The notes under the pieces are model-generated. The model had not been told where the DNA came from. It worked only from the letters and a program-made list of their open reading frames with translations, and searched no databases. DNA of 64,000 nucleotides from assembly GCA_031414955.1 (NCBI GenBank), contig JANOQV010000105.1, positions 40,653-104,652 of the forward strand, in the 5' to 3' direction. This DNA is from Pedosphaera sp. (GTDB taxonomy: Bacteria; Verrucomicrobiota; Verrucomicrobiia; Limisphaerales; SIBH01). Made by a program: the position numbers and the translations under genes. Below, one piece after another: positions 37,068-45,964 of this stretch (positions are counted from its first letter, which is position 1; each line of letters begins with the position of its first letter).

Positions 37068-38146
37068 GAGTGGGATGGTTTGGGCTTTGACGACTTAGCG
37101 GATGCGCGCCATTTCGGAGGCGACTCAAGAAGTCGCATTCCCTCGTCCGAACTTTCGATCTTCGCAATGGGAACACGGCGTTTGTGGAGGGCATTTGCTA
37201 TGGCGAGCCCGACCGCGCGAGCCACGAGCGGCGGAAAAGCGTTGCCAACTTGTCGATACGACGCTGTCTTTCGTCCGCTGAATTTCCATTCGTCGGGAAA
37301 ACTTTGGATTCGGGCGACCATGCGAACTGTCAGCTTGGGCAGTTCATCTCGTGGAAACGTCTGATCTGGAGCTGCATCGGCAACGCCCATTGCGTCCACG
37401 CCCATCTCACGCCATTGGCGCTTTGCTCGCGTGGGGCCGAGGTCAGGTCCGCCGTGCTTCTTCGATCCACCAACGATAGTTGGGGCAACCCGGTTGGCTT
37501 TTTGGATCCAGTCTTCGACCCCTGACCAACCATTCACCGCCATGAGGTCTTTGAGAGTTGGGCCGACGGTTCGGTATTCTCGGCAGTGTTCCGGCCATTC
37601 AAAGAACTTGAAGTTGGCTGGACGAAGTCCGACGAGGATGAACCGTGGGCGAAGCTGTGGAACTCCGTAGTCCGCTGCTTGAATCACAAGCCCTTCGGCC
37701 TCGTAACCAAGCCTGCTGATCTTTGCCAAAAGCCTGCGACGGTAGTCTTGGAACTTCGCGCCGGCGAATCCCGGCACGTTTTCGAGCAGTATCGCCGCAG
37801 GCTGAATCTGCTCAATCAGATGGAGCGCTGTCGGGAACATGTCCCGATCGTCATCTGCGCCGAGTTGCTTTCCAGCGATGGAGAAAGGAGGACATGGAAC
37901 ACCTGCTGCGAACAGATCCACGCCACGCCAGCGCTGTCCGTCCACTTGGCGCATGTCGTCCTGCCGCACATCCCAATGCGGGCGGTTCAGGCGCAGTGTG
38001 GTGCAACAGTCCGAGTCAATCTCGACTGCGCCCGCGCACGAAAAACCGGCCATCTCCAGACCAAGAGCTTGCCCTCCTCCGCCCGCGCAGAACTCAACAA
38101 CGCTCAGGCCCACTGTTCCCTCCTCGTGTGAGGGCGGCGCGTCCAT
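37064..38146 (-). CDS. C5-cytosine DNA methyltransferase, M.NgoMIV/M.NaeI-like
   Basis: EFCAGGGG, GVPCPPFS, ENVPG, PQLRPR, TRD segment TIVGGSKKHGGPDLGPTRA and RQVGNAFPP. ATGA overlap with the endonuclease. Confidence 0.92.
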   Translation of the reverse strand: MDAPPSHEEGTVGLSVVEFCAGGGGQALGLEMAGFSCAGAVEIDSDCCTTLRLNRPHWDVRQDDMRQVDGQRWRGVDLFAAGVPCPPFSIAGKQLGADDDRDMFPTALHLIEQIQPAAILLENVPGFAGAKFQDYRRRLLAKISRLGYEAEGLVIQAADYGVPQLRPRFILVGLRPANFKFFEWPEHCREYRTVGPTLKDLMAVNGWSGVEDWIQKANRVAPTIVGGSKKHGGPDLGPTRAKRQWREMGVDAMGVADAAPDQTFPRDELPKLTVRMVARIQSFPDEWKFSGRKTASYRQVGNAFPPLVARAVGLAIANALHKRRVPIAKIESSDEGMRLLESPPKWRASAKSSKPKPSHS

Positions 38147-38570
38147 GCCTGAGCGCGCGTGGTGGATGTTCTACGGCGCGGCAGTCGCGCACATGGGCAG
38201 CGGCAAGATGCCGCCACCTTCTCTGCAAAAAGAGGTGGTAAATACACAGGCTGAAACGCTCGCGCGCGAATCAGCCTGCTGTGTGGTGACTGTCTTCTGT
38301 GGGAACTCTGGTGCCTGAAAAGAAATGGGACGCACTTACTTACGTCCCACCTCAGGCACCTAGGAGGCCCCACAGAGGAACGCTTTCAGCGCGCCCCGTG
38401 TGGGGCGCGCTTCAAGCGCTGTCCTCTGGTCGAAATTCCTAGGTTTCGAGGTGAACAGCAGCCGAAGCTGCGCGAATTGGTTTAGTAAAAAGTTTCTGGT
38501 CGTTTTGTTTTTCCGAACGCCGTGAGAGTAGCGGGAACGGAACGGTGGCGACAAGCGCGGGGATTTGTGC

Positions 38571-38652
38571 CGCCCTTTCAGGGCTTGGGTTCTTGTTGGG
38601 TGATTAACCCAGGGCGTTGCCCTGGGCTATTGTCTGTCGGGCTTTCAGCCCT
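38571..38652. repeat. Right arm of the split REP doublet
   Basis: CGCCCTTTCAGGGCTT...AACCCAGGGCGTTGCCCTGGGCTATT, reverse-complementary in layout to 36124-36203. Confidence 0.7.
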
Positions 38653-38924
38653 TCGGTTTCTTTGCGCTCTCTGCGTTCTTTGCGGCTATTCCATCCGTGG
38701 TTCATCTCACCGGCCTGCGACCACGTTGACTCGCTCGCGCCCGCTCGTTCGGCCCTGTCGGGCTTTCAACTCCGTTGAACTCCTTTCACCGCTTCCCAAG
38801 CGGCTCAAGTCTCCCCATCCTATGCGGAGAAGGAAAAACCGATGGGCGAGGGCGGCGTCGGACTCTCCCCGGGCATGGCGGTGAGGGAAGGCGTCGCGGG
38901 TATTTGACTCCTTACCCGACTCGC

Positions 38925-39311
38925 CTACCAAACAGCCCGGACACCGTAAGGCGGGAAGGACTCGTCGGGAGACACGACGACGAGGTCGTGCATCAACGCC
39001 TGGGCGAGGATGACGCGGTCGAAGGGGTCTTTGTGATGGGCGGGCAATTCGCTGCCGCGCAGCAGGGCTTCGGCGGTCAGGGACAGTTCGACGAGTCCCC
39101 ACTTGCCAGCTTGCTCCGTCCACCATCGGCGCGGCGCGGAGGGCAGCGTCAGTTTGCCGGCACTGTGTTTGAGGGTGATTTCCCAGAGGGTCGCGTGACT
39201 GACGTGCAGGATGGCATCCGGGGTGTTGATGGCGGCGACAGCGGTCTGGCTCAGGCGGGTGGGTTCACTGGCGAGCCAGATGGGGGTGCAGGAATCCAGG
39301 AGCAGATTCAC
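38925..39311 (-). CDS. vapC: VapC/PIN-domain toxin
   Basis: LLLDSC..IW, S.ATLWEI.LK and HKDPFDRVILAQA...SPD. Confidence 0.9.
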   Translation of the reverse strand: MNLLLDSCTPIWLASEPTRLSQTAVAAINTPDAILHVSHATLWEITLKHSAGKLTLPSAPRRWWTEQAGKWGLVELSLTAEALLRGSELPAHHKDPFDRVILAQALMHDLVVVSPDESFPPYGVRAVW

Positions 39312-39550
39312 AGCAGGCCGAGTTCTTTGATGCCGGCGCTATCGAGCGCGGCGAAGGAAGCAGTGTTCCATTTCACCGGGGCCGAGGTTGTTTCTCCAAC
39401 TTTGGGGCGGGCCGTGGCGCGGGGAGCAGGGAGTGGAACGATTTTCGCCACCGCCGTCGCGCCGTCGCGCAGCAGGACTTCTTCGCCGCCTTTCACATGG
39501 CGCATGAGTTGCGGGAAATGGCTCCCGGCGTAGTCCAGCGTTGCTTCCAT
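39308..39550 (-). CDS. Phd/YefM-family antitoxin
   Basis: A.SHFPQLM..V..GEEV.L...G..VAKIVP; overlaps the toxin start. Confidence 0.85.
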   Translation of the reverse strand: MEATLDYAGSHFPQLMRHVKGGEEVLLRDGATAVAKIVPLPAPRATARPKVGETTSAPVKWNTASFAALDSAGIKELGLL

Positions 39551-39650
39551 GCCAGCAACCTTGCCACCGGGCTGCGCAGCGTGCAAGGACGCAGGCGGCG
39601 TGGGGTGCGATTACAAGTGCGGTCAGAAATGCCAGACGCGCGTGCCGGTC

Positions 39651-39779
39651 TCCTTCTCCCCTCAACGGGGAGAGGGCCGGGGTGAGGGGTGGGAATGTGG
39701 CGAGGCTTCCGACCTGGCTAAAATCACGAGACGCATCACCCCTCACCCTCAATCCCTCTCCCCGTTGAGGGGAGAGGGA
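39651..39779. repeat. CCCTCTCCC/GGGAGAGGG-type palindromic doublet
   Basis: CCTTCTCCCCTCAACGGGGAGAGGG..GGGTGAGGGGT / ACCCCTCACCC..CCCTCTCCCCGTTGAGGGGAGAGGG. Confidence 0.8.
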
Positions 39780-39893
39780 AGCCAGAAGCAATGACCCTCA
39801 CTTGCCATCGCACCCGGCCGCGCATTTCGGCTAACGCAACCGCTCGTCCACTGTTCTCTTTTCACGCGCGGAACGATCCTTCACACTCTGCGC

Positions 39894-42800
39894 ATGTTCA
39901 CTCGATTGCTTGGCGTCATCAGCGCGTGCGTCTTGGTCTTTAATTTGCCGGCCCAGGAGGCGCCGGCGGCCAAGCCGGACACTTCACCACACGCGCCGAA
40001 AGCGTTGCCGCCGGAGGCCAAGTCCGCGCGGTCGCAGGCGATGGCGCCGCCGGCGGCGGGCGAGCGCATCGTGTTCATCGGCAACGGGCTGGCGGAGCGC
40101 GATGTGTATTACAGCCGCATGGAGACGGAGCTGCATCTGCTTTATCCGGCGCAGCAGCTCGTCGTGCGCAACATGGGGCGGCCGGGGGACACGCCGGGAT
40201 TTCGTCCGCATCCGGCGCGGAAGTCGCAGTGGGCATTTCCGGGCGCGGAGAAGTTTCATCCGGAGTTGAAGCAGCACAACGGCATCGGCTTTTTCCCCAC
40301 GCCGGATCAGTGGCTCACCCACCTGAAGGCGGACACCATCGTGGCGTTCTTCGGCTACAACGAGTCGTTCGACGGGCCGGCGCGCGTGGCGAATTACGAG
40401 GCGGAACTGGAAGCGTTCGTGAAGCACACGTTGAGCAAAGCTTACAACGGCGTGGCCGCGCCGAGGCTGGTGCTGGTGTCGCCCATCGCGTTTGAGGATT
40501 TGTCGGCGAAGCGTGATTTGCCGAATGGCAAAACCGAGAATGCAAACCTCGCGCTCTACACCGCCGCGATGGAGAAGGTGGCGAAGCGGAACGGGCTGAC
40601 GTTTGTGAATTTGTTCCAAGGCACGCTGGCGCGTTACGCGAACAAGAGTCTGCCGCCGCTCACCATCAACGGCTTCGCGCCGACCGAGGCGGGCTACACG
40701 GAGATCGGCGCGCTCCTCTACGACGGCATGTTCGGCAAACAGAAGCACCAGTCGAAGGCCGACGCCGCGCTCGTGAATGCGGCCGTGAAGGAAAAGGATT
40801 TCTTCTGGAACAACGATTACAACCTCGTGAACGGCGTCCACTCGCACGGCCAGCGTTACGCGCCGTATGGCCCGCAGAATTATCCCGAGGAAGTCGCGAA
40901 GACGCGGGAGCTGATGGCGATTCGCGAAGCGCGGCTGCACGAAGTCGCGAAGGGCACCACGAAGAGTCTCGCCGTGGACGACTCGAAGACGCGCGTGCTG
41001 CCGCCGGTGCCGACGAATTTCAAGCGGCCCATCGAGTATCTCGACGGCAAGAAGGCCATTGAGAAAATCAAGATGATGAACGGCTATCAGGTCGAGCTGT
41101 TCGCGTCGGAGAAGGAATTTCCCGACATGAAGAATCCGGTGCAGATGTCCTTCGACGACAAGGGCCGGCTCTGGGTGGCGGTGATGCCGGCGTATCCGCA
41201 TTACAAGCCGGGCGACGAGCGACCCGACGACAAGCTGCTCATCCTCGAAGACACGGACGGCGACGGGCGCGCGGACAAGCAGACCATCTTCGCGCGCGGG
41301 CTGCATCTGCCCATCGGCTTCGAGCTGGCGCCGGAGGGAGTTTATCTTTCGCAAGAGCCGAACCTCTGCCTGCTCGTTGATGACGACAAGGACGACAAGG
41401 CCGACCGCATGGAGATTCTCATGCACGGCTTCGACACGCACGACACGCACCACGCCATCTCGGCCTACTGCGCAGACGCGAGCGGCGCGTTCTATCTGCT
41501 CGAAGGCCGCTTCCTGCACAGCCAGGTCGAGACGCCGTATGGCCCGCGCCGTTGCAACGACGGCGGAGCGTGGCGTTTCGATCCGAAGAACTTCCGCCTC
41601 GAACGCCACAACCAGGTGGACATCAACAATCCGTGGGGCTACTCGTTCGATTATTGGGAGCAGGATTATCTCTCGGATGCGTCGAGCGGTGAAAATTTCT
41701 GGTCGCTCCCGCTCTCCGCGAAAATGCCCTACGGCGTGGAGATCAAGAAGGTCGGCGAGTTCGCGCCGAAGCGTTCGCGGCCCACGTCCGGTGCGGAGTT
41801 TGTTTCCTCGCGGCATTTCCCCGATGAGGCGCAGGGCGACTTCATGATTTGCAACAGCATCGGCTTCCTCGGCATCAGCATGCACGACGTGTGGGAAGAC
41901 GGCTCCGGCTTCTCCGGCAAGGTCGCGGGCGATTTGCTCTCGTCGAGTGATCCGAATTTCCGTCCCGTGGATTTGGAGTTCGCGCCCGACGGCTCGCTCT
42001 ACGTCGTGGACTGGCACAACGCGCTCATCGGCCACATGCAGCACAGCGCGCGCGACCCGAACCGCGACCACGATCACGGTCGCATCTATCGCATCACCTA
42101 TCCGGGCCGCCCGCTCGTGAAGCCCGCGAAGGTGGATGGCGCGAGCGTGGCGGAACTGCTGGAGAACCTGAAGCTGCCCGAGTATCGCACGCGCTACCGC
42201 ACGCGCCGCGAGTTGCGCAGCCATCCCGCCAGCGTCGTGATTCCCGCCGTGAAGGCGTGGGCCGCGAAGCTCGACAAAACCGATCCGAAGTATGAGCACC
42301 ATCTTTGCGAGGCGCTCTGGGCAACGTGGGCGCAGAACAAGCCGGACGCCGGCCTGCTCAAGCGCTGCCTCCAGGCCAGCGCGCCGCAGGCCCGCGCCGC
42401 CGCCGTGCATGTGCTGCGTTTCTCCGCGCATCAGATTCCCAATTCCACCGACCTCTTCCTGCAAGCCGCCCGCGACGGACATGGCCGTGTGCGCCTCGAA
42501 GCCATCGTCGCCGCGTCGTGGCTCGATAACGCCGACGGCGCGCGCATCGTGCTCGAAGCGATGAAAATGCCATTCGACAAATGGATGGGCCCGGTCACGA
42601 AACAGATTCTGGAAAACACCTTGAAGGACGACGTGGCCGCGCTGCAAAAAACTTCCGGCTTCACGCTGGCCGGCAATCTGAATGCGCAGGCCTATCTCGC
42701 CGGCACTTTCAAGTTCGCGCCTGCGCCGAAGACCGAGGAGGACAAAACCTTTGGCCCGACCCGCGCGCTCACCGGCGATGATTTGAAGTCGTATCAACTG

Positions 42801-43244
42801 GGCCGCTCGATCTACTTGCGCGACGCGCATTGCACCACCTGCCACCAGCCGAACGGCGAGGGCATGACCGCCATGTATCCCACGCTGGCCAAGAGTGAGT
42901 GGCTGGTGGACGAGCAACGACTGATCAAGATCGTGCTGAAGGGGCTGTGGGGCCCGATGGAGATCCACGGCCAGAAATTTGATCCCACCAAGGGCGTGCC
43001 GCCGATGCCCGGCTTCGGCGGTTTCCTGAGCGACGAGGAAGTGGCGGGCACGATCAACTACGTGCGGCAATCCTTCGGCAACGATCTGCCGCTCGTCACC
43101 GCCGCGCAGATCGCGAAAGTTCGCGCCGCGACCAAAGACCGGGCGGACTTCTACATGGTCGAGGAAATCATGAAGGAACATCCCCTGCCCGGCTGGGAAA
43201 AGTGGGAGAAGATGGCGAAGCCCACCCAGTCGGAATTTGAGTAA
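39894..43244 (+). CDS. PVC-type multidomain protein: SGNH-like domain, beta-propeller dehydrogenase, HEAT repeats and cytochrome c
   Basis: FIGNGLAER, LFASE..NPV.MSFDDKGRLWV, DTDGDGRAD, FRPVD..FAPDGSLYVVDW, RDHDHGRIYRI and CTTCH. Confidence 0.9.
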   Translation: MFTRLLGVISACVLVFNLPAQEAPAAKPDTSPHAPKALPPEAKSARSQAMAPPAAGERIVFIGNGLAERDVYYSRMETELHLLYPAQQLVVRNMGRPGDTPGFRPHPARKSQWAFPGAEKFHPELKQHNGIGFFPTPDQWLTHLKADTIVAFFGYNESFDGPARVANYEAELEAFVKHTLSKAYNGVAAPRLVLVSPIAFEDLSAKRDLPNGKTENANLALYTAAMEKVAKRNGLTFVNLFQGTLARYANKSLPPLTINGFAPTEAGYTEIGALLYDGMFGKQKHQSKADAALVNAAVKEKDFFWNNDYNLVNGVHSHGQRYAPYGPQNYPEEVAKTRELMAIREARLHEVAKGTTKSLAVDDSKTRVLPPVPTNFKRPIEYLDGKKAIEKIKMMNGYQVELFASEKEFPDMKNPVQMSFDDKGRLWVAVMPAYPHYKPGDERPDDKLLILEDTDGDGRADKQTIFARGLHLPIGFELAPEGVYLSQEPNLCLLVDDDKDDKADRMEILMHGFDTHDTHHAISAYCADASGAFYLLEGRFLHSQVETPYGPRRCNDGGAWRFDPKNFRLERHNQVDINNPWGYSFDYWEQDYLSDASSGENFWSLPLSAKMPYGVEIKKVGEFAPKRSRPTSGAEFVSSRHFPDEAQGDFMICNSIGFLGISMHDVWEDGSGFSGKVAGDLLSSSDPNFRPVDLEFAPDGSLYVVDWHNALIGHMQHSARDPNRDHDHGRIYRITYPGRPLVKPAKVDGASVAELLENLKLPEYRTRYRTRRELRSHPASVVIPAVKAWAAKLDKTDPKYEHHLCEALWATWAQNKPDAGLLKRCLQASAPQARAAAVHVLRFSAHQIPNSTDLFLQAARDGHGRVRLEAIVAASWLDNADGARIVLEAMKMPFDKWMGPVTKQILENTLKDDVAALQKTSGFTLAGNLNAQAYLAGTFKFAPAPKTEEDKTFGPTRALTGDDLKSYQLGRSIYLRDAHCTTCHQPNGEGMTAMYPTLAKSEWLVDEQRLIKIVLKGLWGPMEIHGQKFDPTKGVPPMPGFGGFLSDEEVAGTINYVRQSFGNDLPLVTAAQIAKVRAATKDRADFYMVEEIMKEHPLPGWEKWEKMAKPTQSEFE

Positions 43245-43331
43245 GAAGCCATGCGGTAGAGGATGTTGGCGAATCGTAATCGCAACACGCCCACGCCAGA
43301 GGAGGCCGGCGGGGCGCAGGGTGATTTCCAA

Positions 43332-44090
43332 TCACCCGCCATGAAACTCGGCGCGAGCCACCGTCCAAACCACAACCCTGGCTGCGCCCGCTTGAAGCAG
43401 AAGTTTGGCGCACGCGCTGGTGGTCGCACCGGTGGTGAACACGTCATCGATGAGCACCAATCGCTTCCCCGCCAGCGAGGATGAACCGCGCAGGGCAAAG
43501 GCGCGGCGCATGTTGTCCGCACGCTGACTGCGGGAGAGGTGTGTCTGACTCGGGGTCGGCACAACTCGCTGGAGCAGCCGGGACTCGACGGGCACGCCCA
43601 GAGCCGAACCGAGCCGAGCCGCCAACCGCTGGGCCTGATTGAATCCGCGCTCGCGTTCCTTGACCGGAAACAGGGGCACCGGCACCAGGCCATCACAAGG
43701 TTCACACTGAACCCAGGCCCGGGCCGCAGCGATGAAATACTCGGAGAGAAAATCCTCAAACCACATTTCACCCTGGTATTTGTAGCGATGAATGGACTCC
43801 AGCACGGGGCCGCGCGCGGCGACGGCGGAACGCGCCGCCGCGAAATGCAATTCCAACTCCCGACAGTTGGCACATTGAAAACTCGCGGTGATCTCACCCG
43901 CGAAAGGCAGCCCGCACCGGTCGCAGAAGGGCGGCTGAATCACGCGCACCAGTTCGCGGCATCCGGCGCACACATAGCCGGCCCGGCGGTCGGCCGGACG
44001 GACTCGACACAACTGGCACACCTCCGGGTAGATGAAGCTCCAAGCAACATCCAGCCAGGGCACGAGCAGTTTTGGAACGCGGCGCCACAT
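43332..44090 (-). CDS. comF: ComF-family competence phosphoribosyltransferase-like protein
   Basis: Double zinc finger (CQLC, CAGC, CDRC, CANC), RGFNQA and LIDDVFTTGAT. Confidence 0.9.
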   Translation of the reverse strand: MWRRVPKLLVPWLDVAWSFIYPEVCQLCRVRPADRRAGYVCAGCRELVRVIQPPFCDRCGLPFAGEITASFQCANCRELELHFAAARSAVAARGPVLESIHRYKYQGEMWFEDFLSEYFIAAARAWVQCEPCDGLVPVPLFPVKERERGFNQAQRLAARLGSALGVPVESRLLQRVVPTPSQTHLSRSQRADNMRRAFALRGSSSLAGKRLVLIDDVFTTGATTSACAKLLLQAGAARVVVWTVARAEFHGG

Positions 44091-44205
44091 GGGATTTTTC
44101 CGATGGGTGATTGGTCTGCCAGGAACCGTAAAATTCCCGCCGCGTCCTGCCAAGCGATTATCTTTTGCCCGACCACGAGCCGCGTGGTACATATTCGCGC
44201 GCCCA

Positions 44206-45063
44206 ATGTCTCTGACCGAACAGCCTGAATTCAGCCCGGACGCCGCGCCGCCCCCGGGTTCGTTTGGGCGTTTTTATTTGCAGGAACTGATCAACTGCGG
44301 TGGCATGGCCGAGCTTTGGCTGGCCACGGATCAGCAGCACAAAACCTTCGCCCTGCGGCGTATGCGCAAGACCGGGCGGTTCGACTTCACGAGCAAGAAA
44401 AACTTCCTGCGCGGTTGTGACATCCTCTCGCGCATTCACAACCACGAGTTCGTCATCGGCTACCACGAACACGGCAAGATCGAGGGCACTCCGTATCTGC
44501 TCATGGAATACGTTGAGGGCGAAAACCTCAAAGTGCTTCAGAACCTCGCCGACGAATCCCTCGGCGATCACGTCGGCAACATCCTCCTCGACATGGCTCA
44601 TGCGCTGGAACATGTCCACGACAGTGGCTTCATGCACCTCGACTTCAAGCCCGAGAACGTGATGGTAAGCCGCAATGTGAACGTGCGGCTGATTGATTTC
44701 GACCTGGCCCGGCCCATTCCCAAGGCACCGATCAAGCTCTCCAAGAATCCTGGCACACCGAGCTACATGGCGCCCGAACAACTGCGCCGCGCCGGCATCG
44801 ATCATCGCGTGGACCTCTTTGCCTTTGGCGTCACTGCGTATGAATTGCTCACCGGCAGCAAGCCCTTCCCCGGCGAGACGCCCGAGGATGTGTTGCGCCA
44901 GCAACTCGACATCCACTTCCTGGCGCCGCCGCGCGAAGTCAACCCCGGCATCCCCCCTGCCCTGGAGAAAACCATCCTCAAATGCCTGGAGCGCGATCCG
45001 AACAAGCGCCACCCCATCATGAACATGCTGGTGCTGGAGTTGCAGGCGGCGCTGTACGTTTGA
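44206..45063 (+). CDS. Soluble Ser/Thr kinase-fold protein with atypical motifs
   Basis: GGMAELW, HLDFKPEN and GTPSYMAPEQ are present, but ALRR, FLRGC and DFD replace the canonical residues. Confidence 0.85.
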   Translation: MSLTEQPEFSPDAAPPPGSFGRFYLQELINCGGMAELWLATDQQHKTFALRRMRKTGRFDFTSKKNFLRGCDILSRIHNHEFVIGYHEHGKIEGTPYLLMEYVEGENLKVLQNLADESLGDHVGNILLDMAHALEHVHDSGFMHLDFKPENVMVSRNVNVRLIDFDLARPIPKAPIKLSKNPGTPSYMAPEQLRRAGIDHRVDLFAFGVTAYELLTGSKPFPGETPEDVLRQQLDIHFLAPPREVNPGIPPALEKTILKCLERDPNKRHPIMNMLVLELQAALYV

Positions 45064-45458
45064 TCCGACCGCAAAGACCGGTGCGTGAAAATGGCGGCTT
45101 GCCTCCGAATGCGCCCTGGCCATTCCGCGATGGCGGACGAACCCAAGAGCAGGCTTTCGCACGGCTCAGGCAAAAGCGCTTGGATGGCGTGGGCGTTGGC
45201 CGGAGTCTCCAGTTTAAGCTCACTGGCCATCAGCCGGAACCGCCCGCTCGCTCAAATGCAGGTTTGCGCCCCGTCGCCAGAGTCAGCGAATTGCGTGCTT
45301 GCGAGTGTCGAGATTGTCCGTGTATGAATACGCTCGCTTGCGAGACATCGCGCTGCACTTCATGACTGCAAACTGTGGCAAAAATTGGATCAGCCAGCAG
45401 TGCATCAGTCGCCAATGAGTGACGCAATGTCCGCTTTAAGAAGTTCATTTTACTGGTT

Positions 45459-45545
45459 GCCGGCGTGGCGGAATTGGCAGACGCGCTAGACTCAAAATCT
45501 GGTTCCCTTACGGGAGTGTGGGTTCGACCCCCTCCGCCGGTACCA
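45459..45545 (+). tRNA. tRNA-Leu(CAA)
   Basis: GCCGGCG acceptor stem, D-arm GGCGGAATTGGCAGACGC, anticodon loop CT-CAA-AA, long variable arm, GGTTCGACCC T-arm and encoded CCA. Confidence 0.95.
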
Positions 45546-45630
45546 ATCAAAACAGACTGAATTCGCGGTTTCACTGACGGGTTACTGACAAAGTAACCCG
45601 GTCTATAGCAAGCCGAAGTTTCCCACGACC

Positions 45631-45846
45631 GTGAAGCTCATCGCTCAAGCTGCGCATCGAACCATTGCCCGATGCCGTGAAGCTTTCCTGGCAAGGGGGA
45701 GCAATGCGGCGCAGGTGTTGCAGCGTTCATTCGCCGTCCCGTCCGGCTGGCAGGATGTGTTTACGAATCCGGCGTCCGGGCCCGGTTTGTTTACAAATGC
45801 TGTGTCCGTAACCAACTCGTTCTACCGACTGCGCCTTGGACCGTAG
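45631..45846 (+). pseudogene. Remnant C-terminus of a secreted protein
   Basis: LQRS....GWQDV.....TNSFYRLR resembles the verrucomicrobial exoprotein tail; no N-terminal part is present. Confidence 0.4.
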
Positions 45847-45964
45847 TTATGTCGCTGCTCAAGCCTTGAAGCCAGCGGCGTCCGAGGCCCGGGCTCCCTG
45901 AGCGTGGCACGGAAAATTCCATGTTCATCCGCTTGCATCCGTGGTTAAAACTCCCGCGCCTTTT

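Noticed and set aside
38150..38560. Controller (C) protein or Vsr gene upstream of the C5 methyltransferase
   Set aside because: No ORF with HTH or Vsr motifs was found; only short hairpins are present.
39984..43331. 1115-aa antisense ORF, and similar long shadow ORFs at 22816-24399, 27278-28858 and 32531-34273
   Set aside because: They mirror well-supported genes on the opposite strand and have no motifs. Such ORFs are expected in high-GC DNA with strong codon bias.
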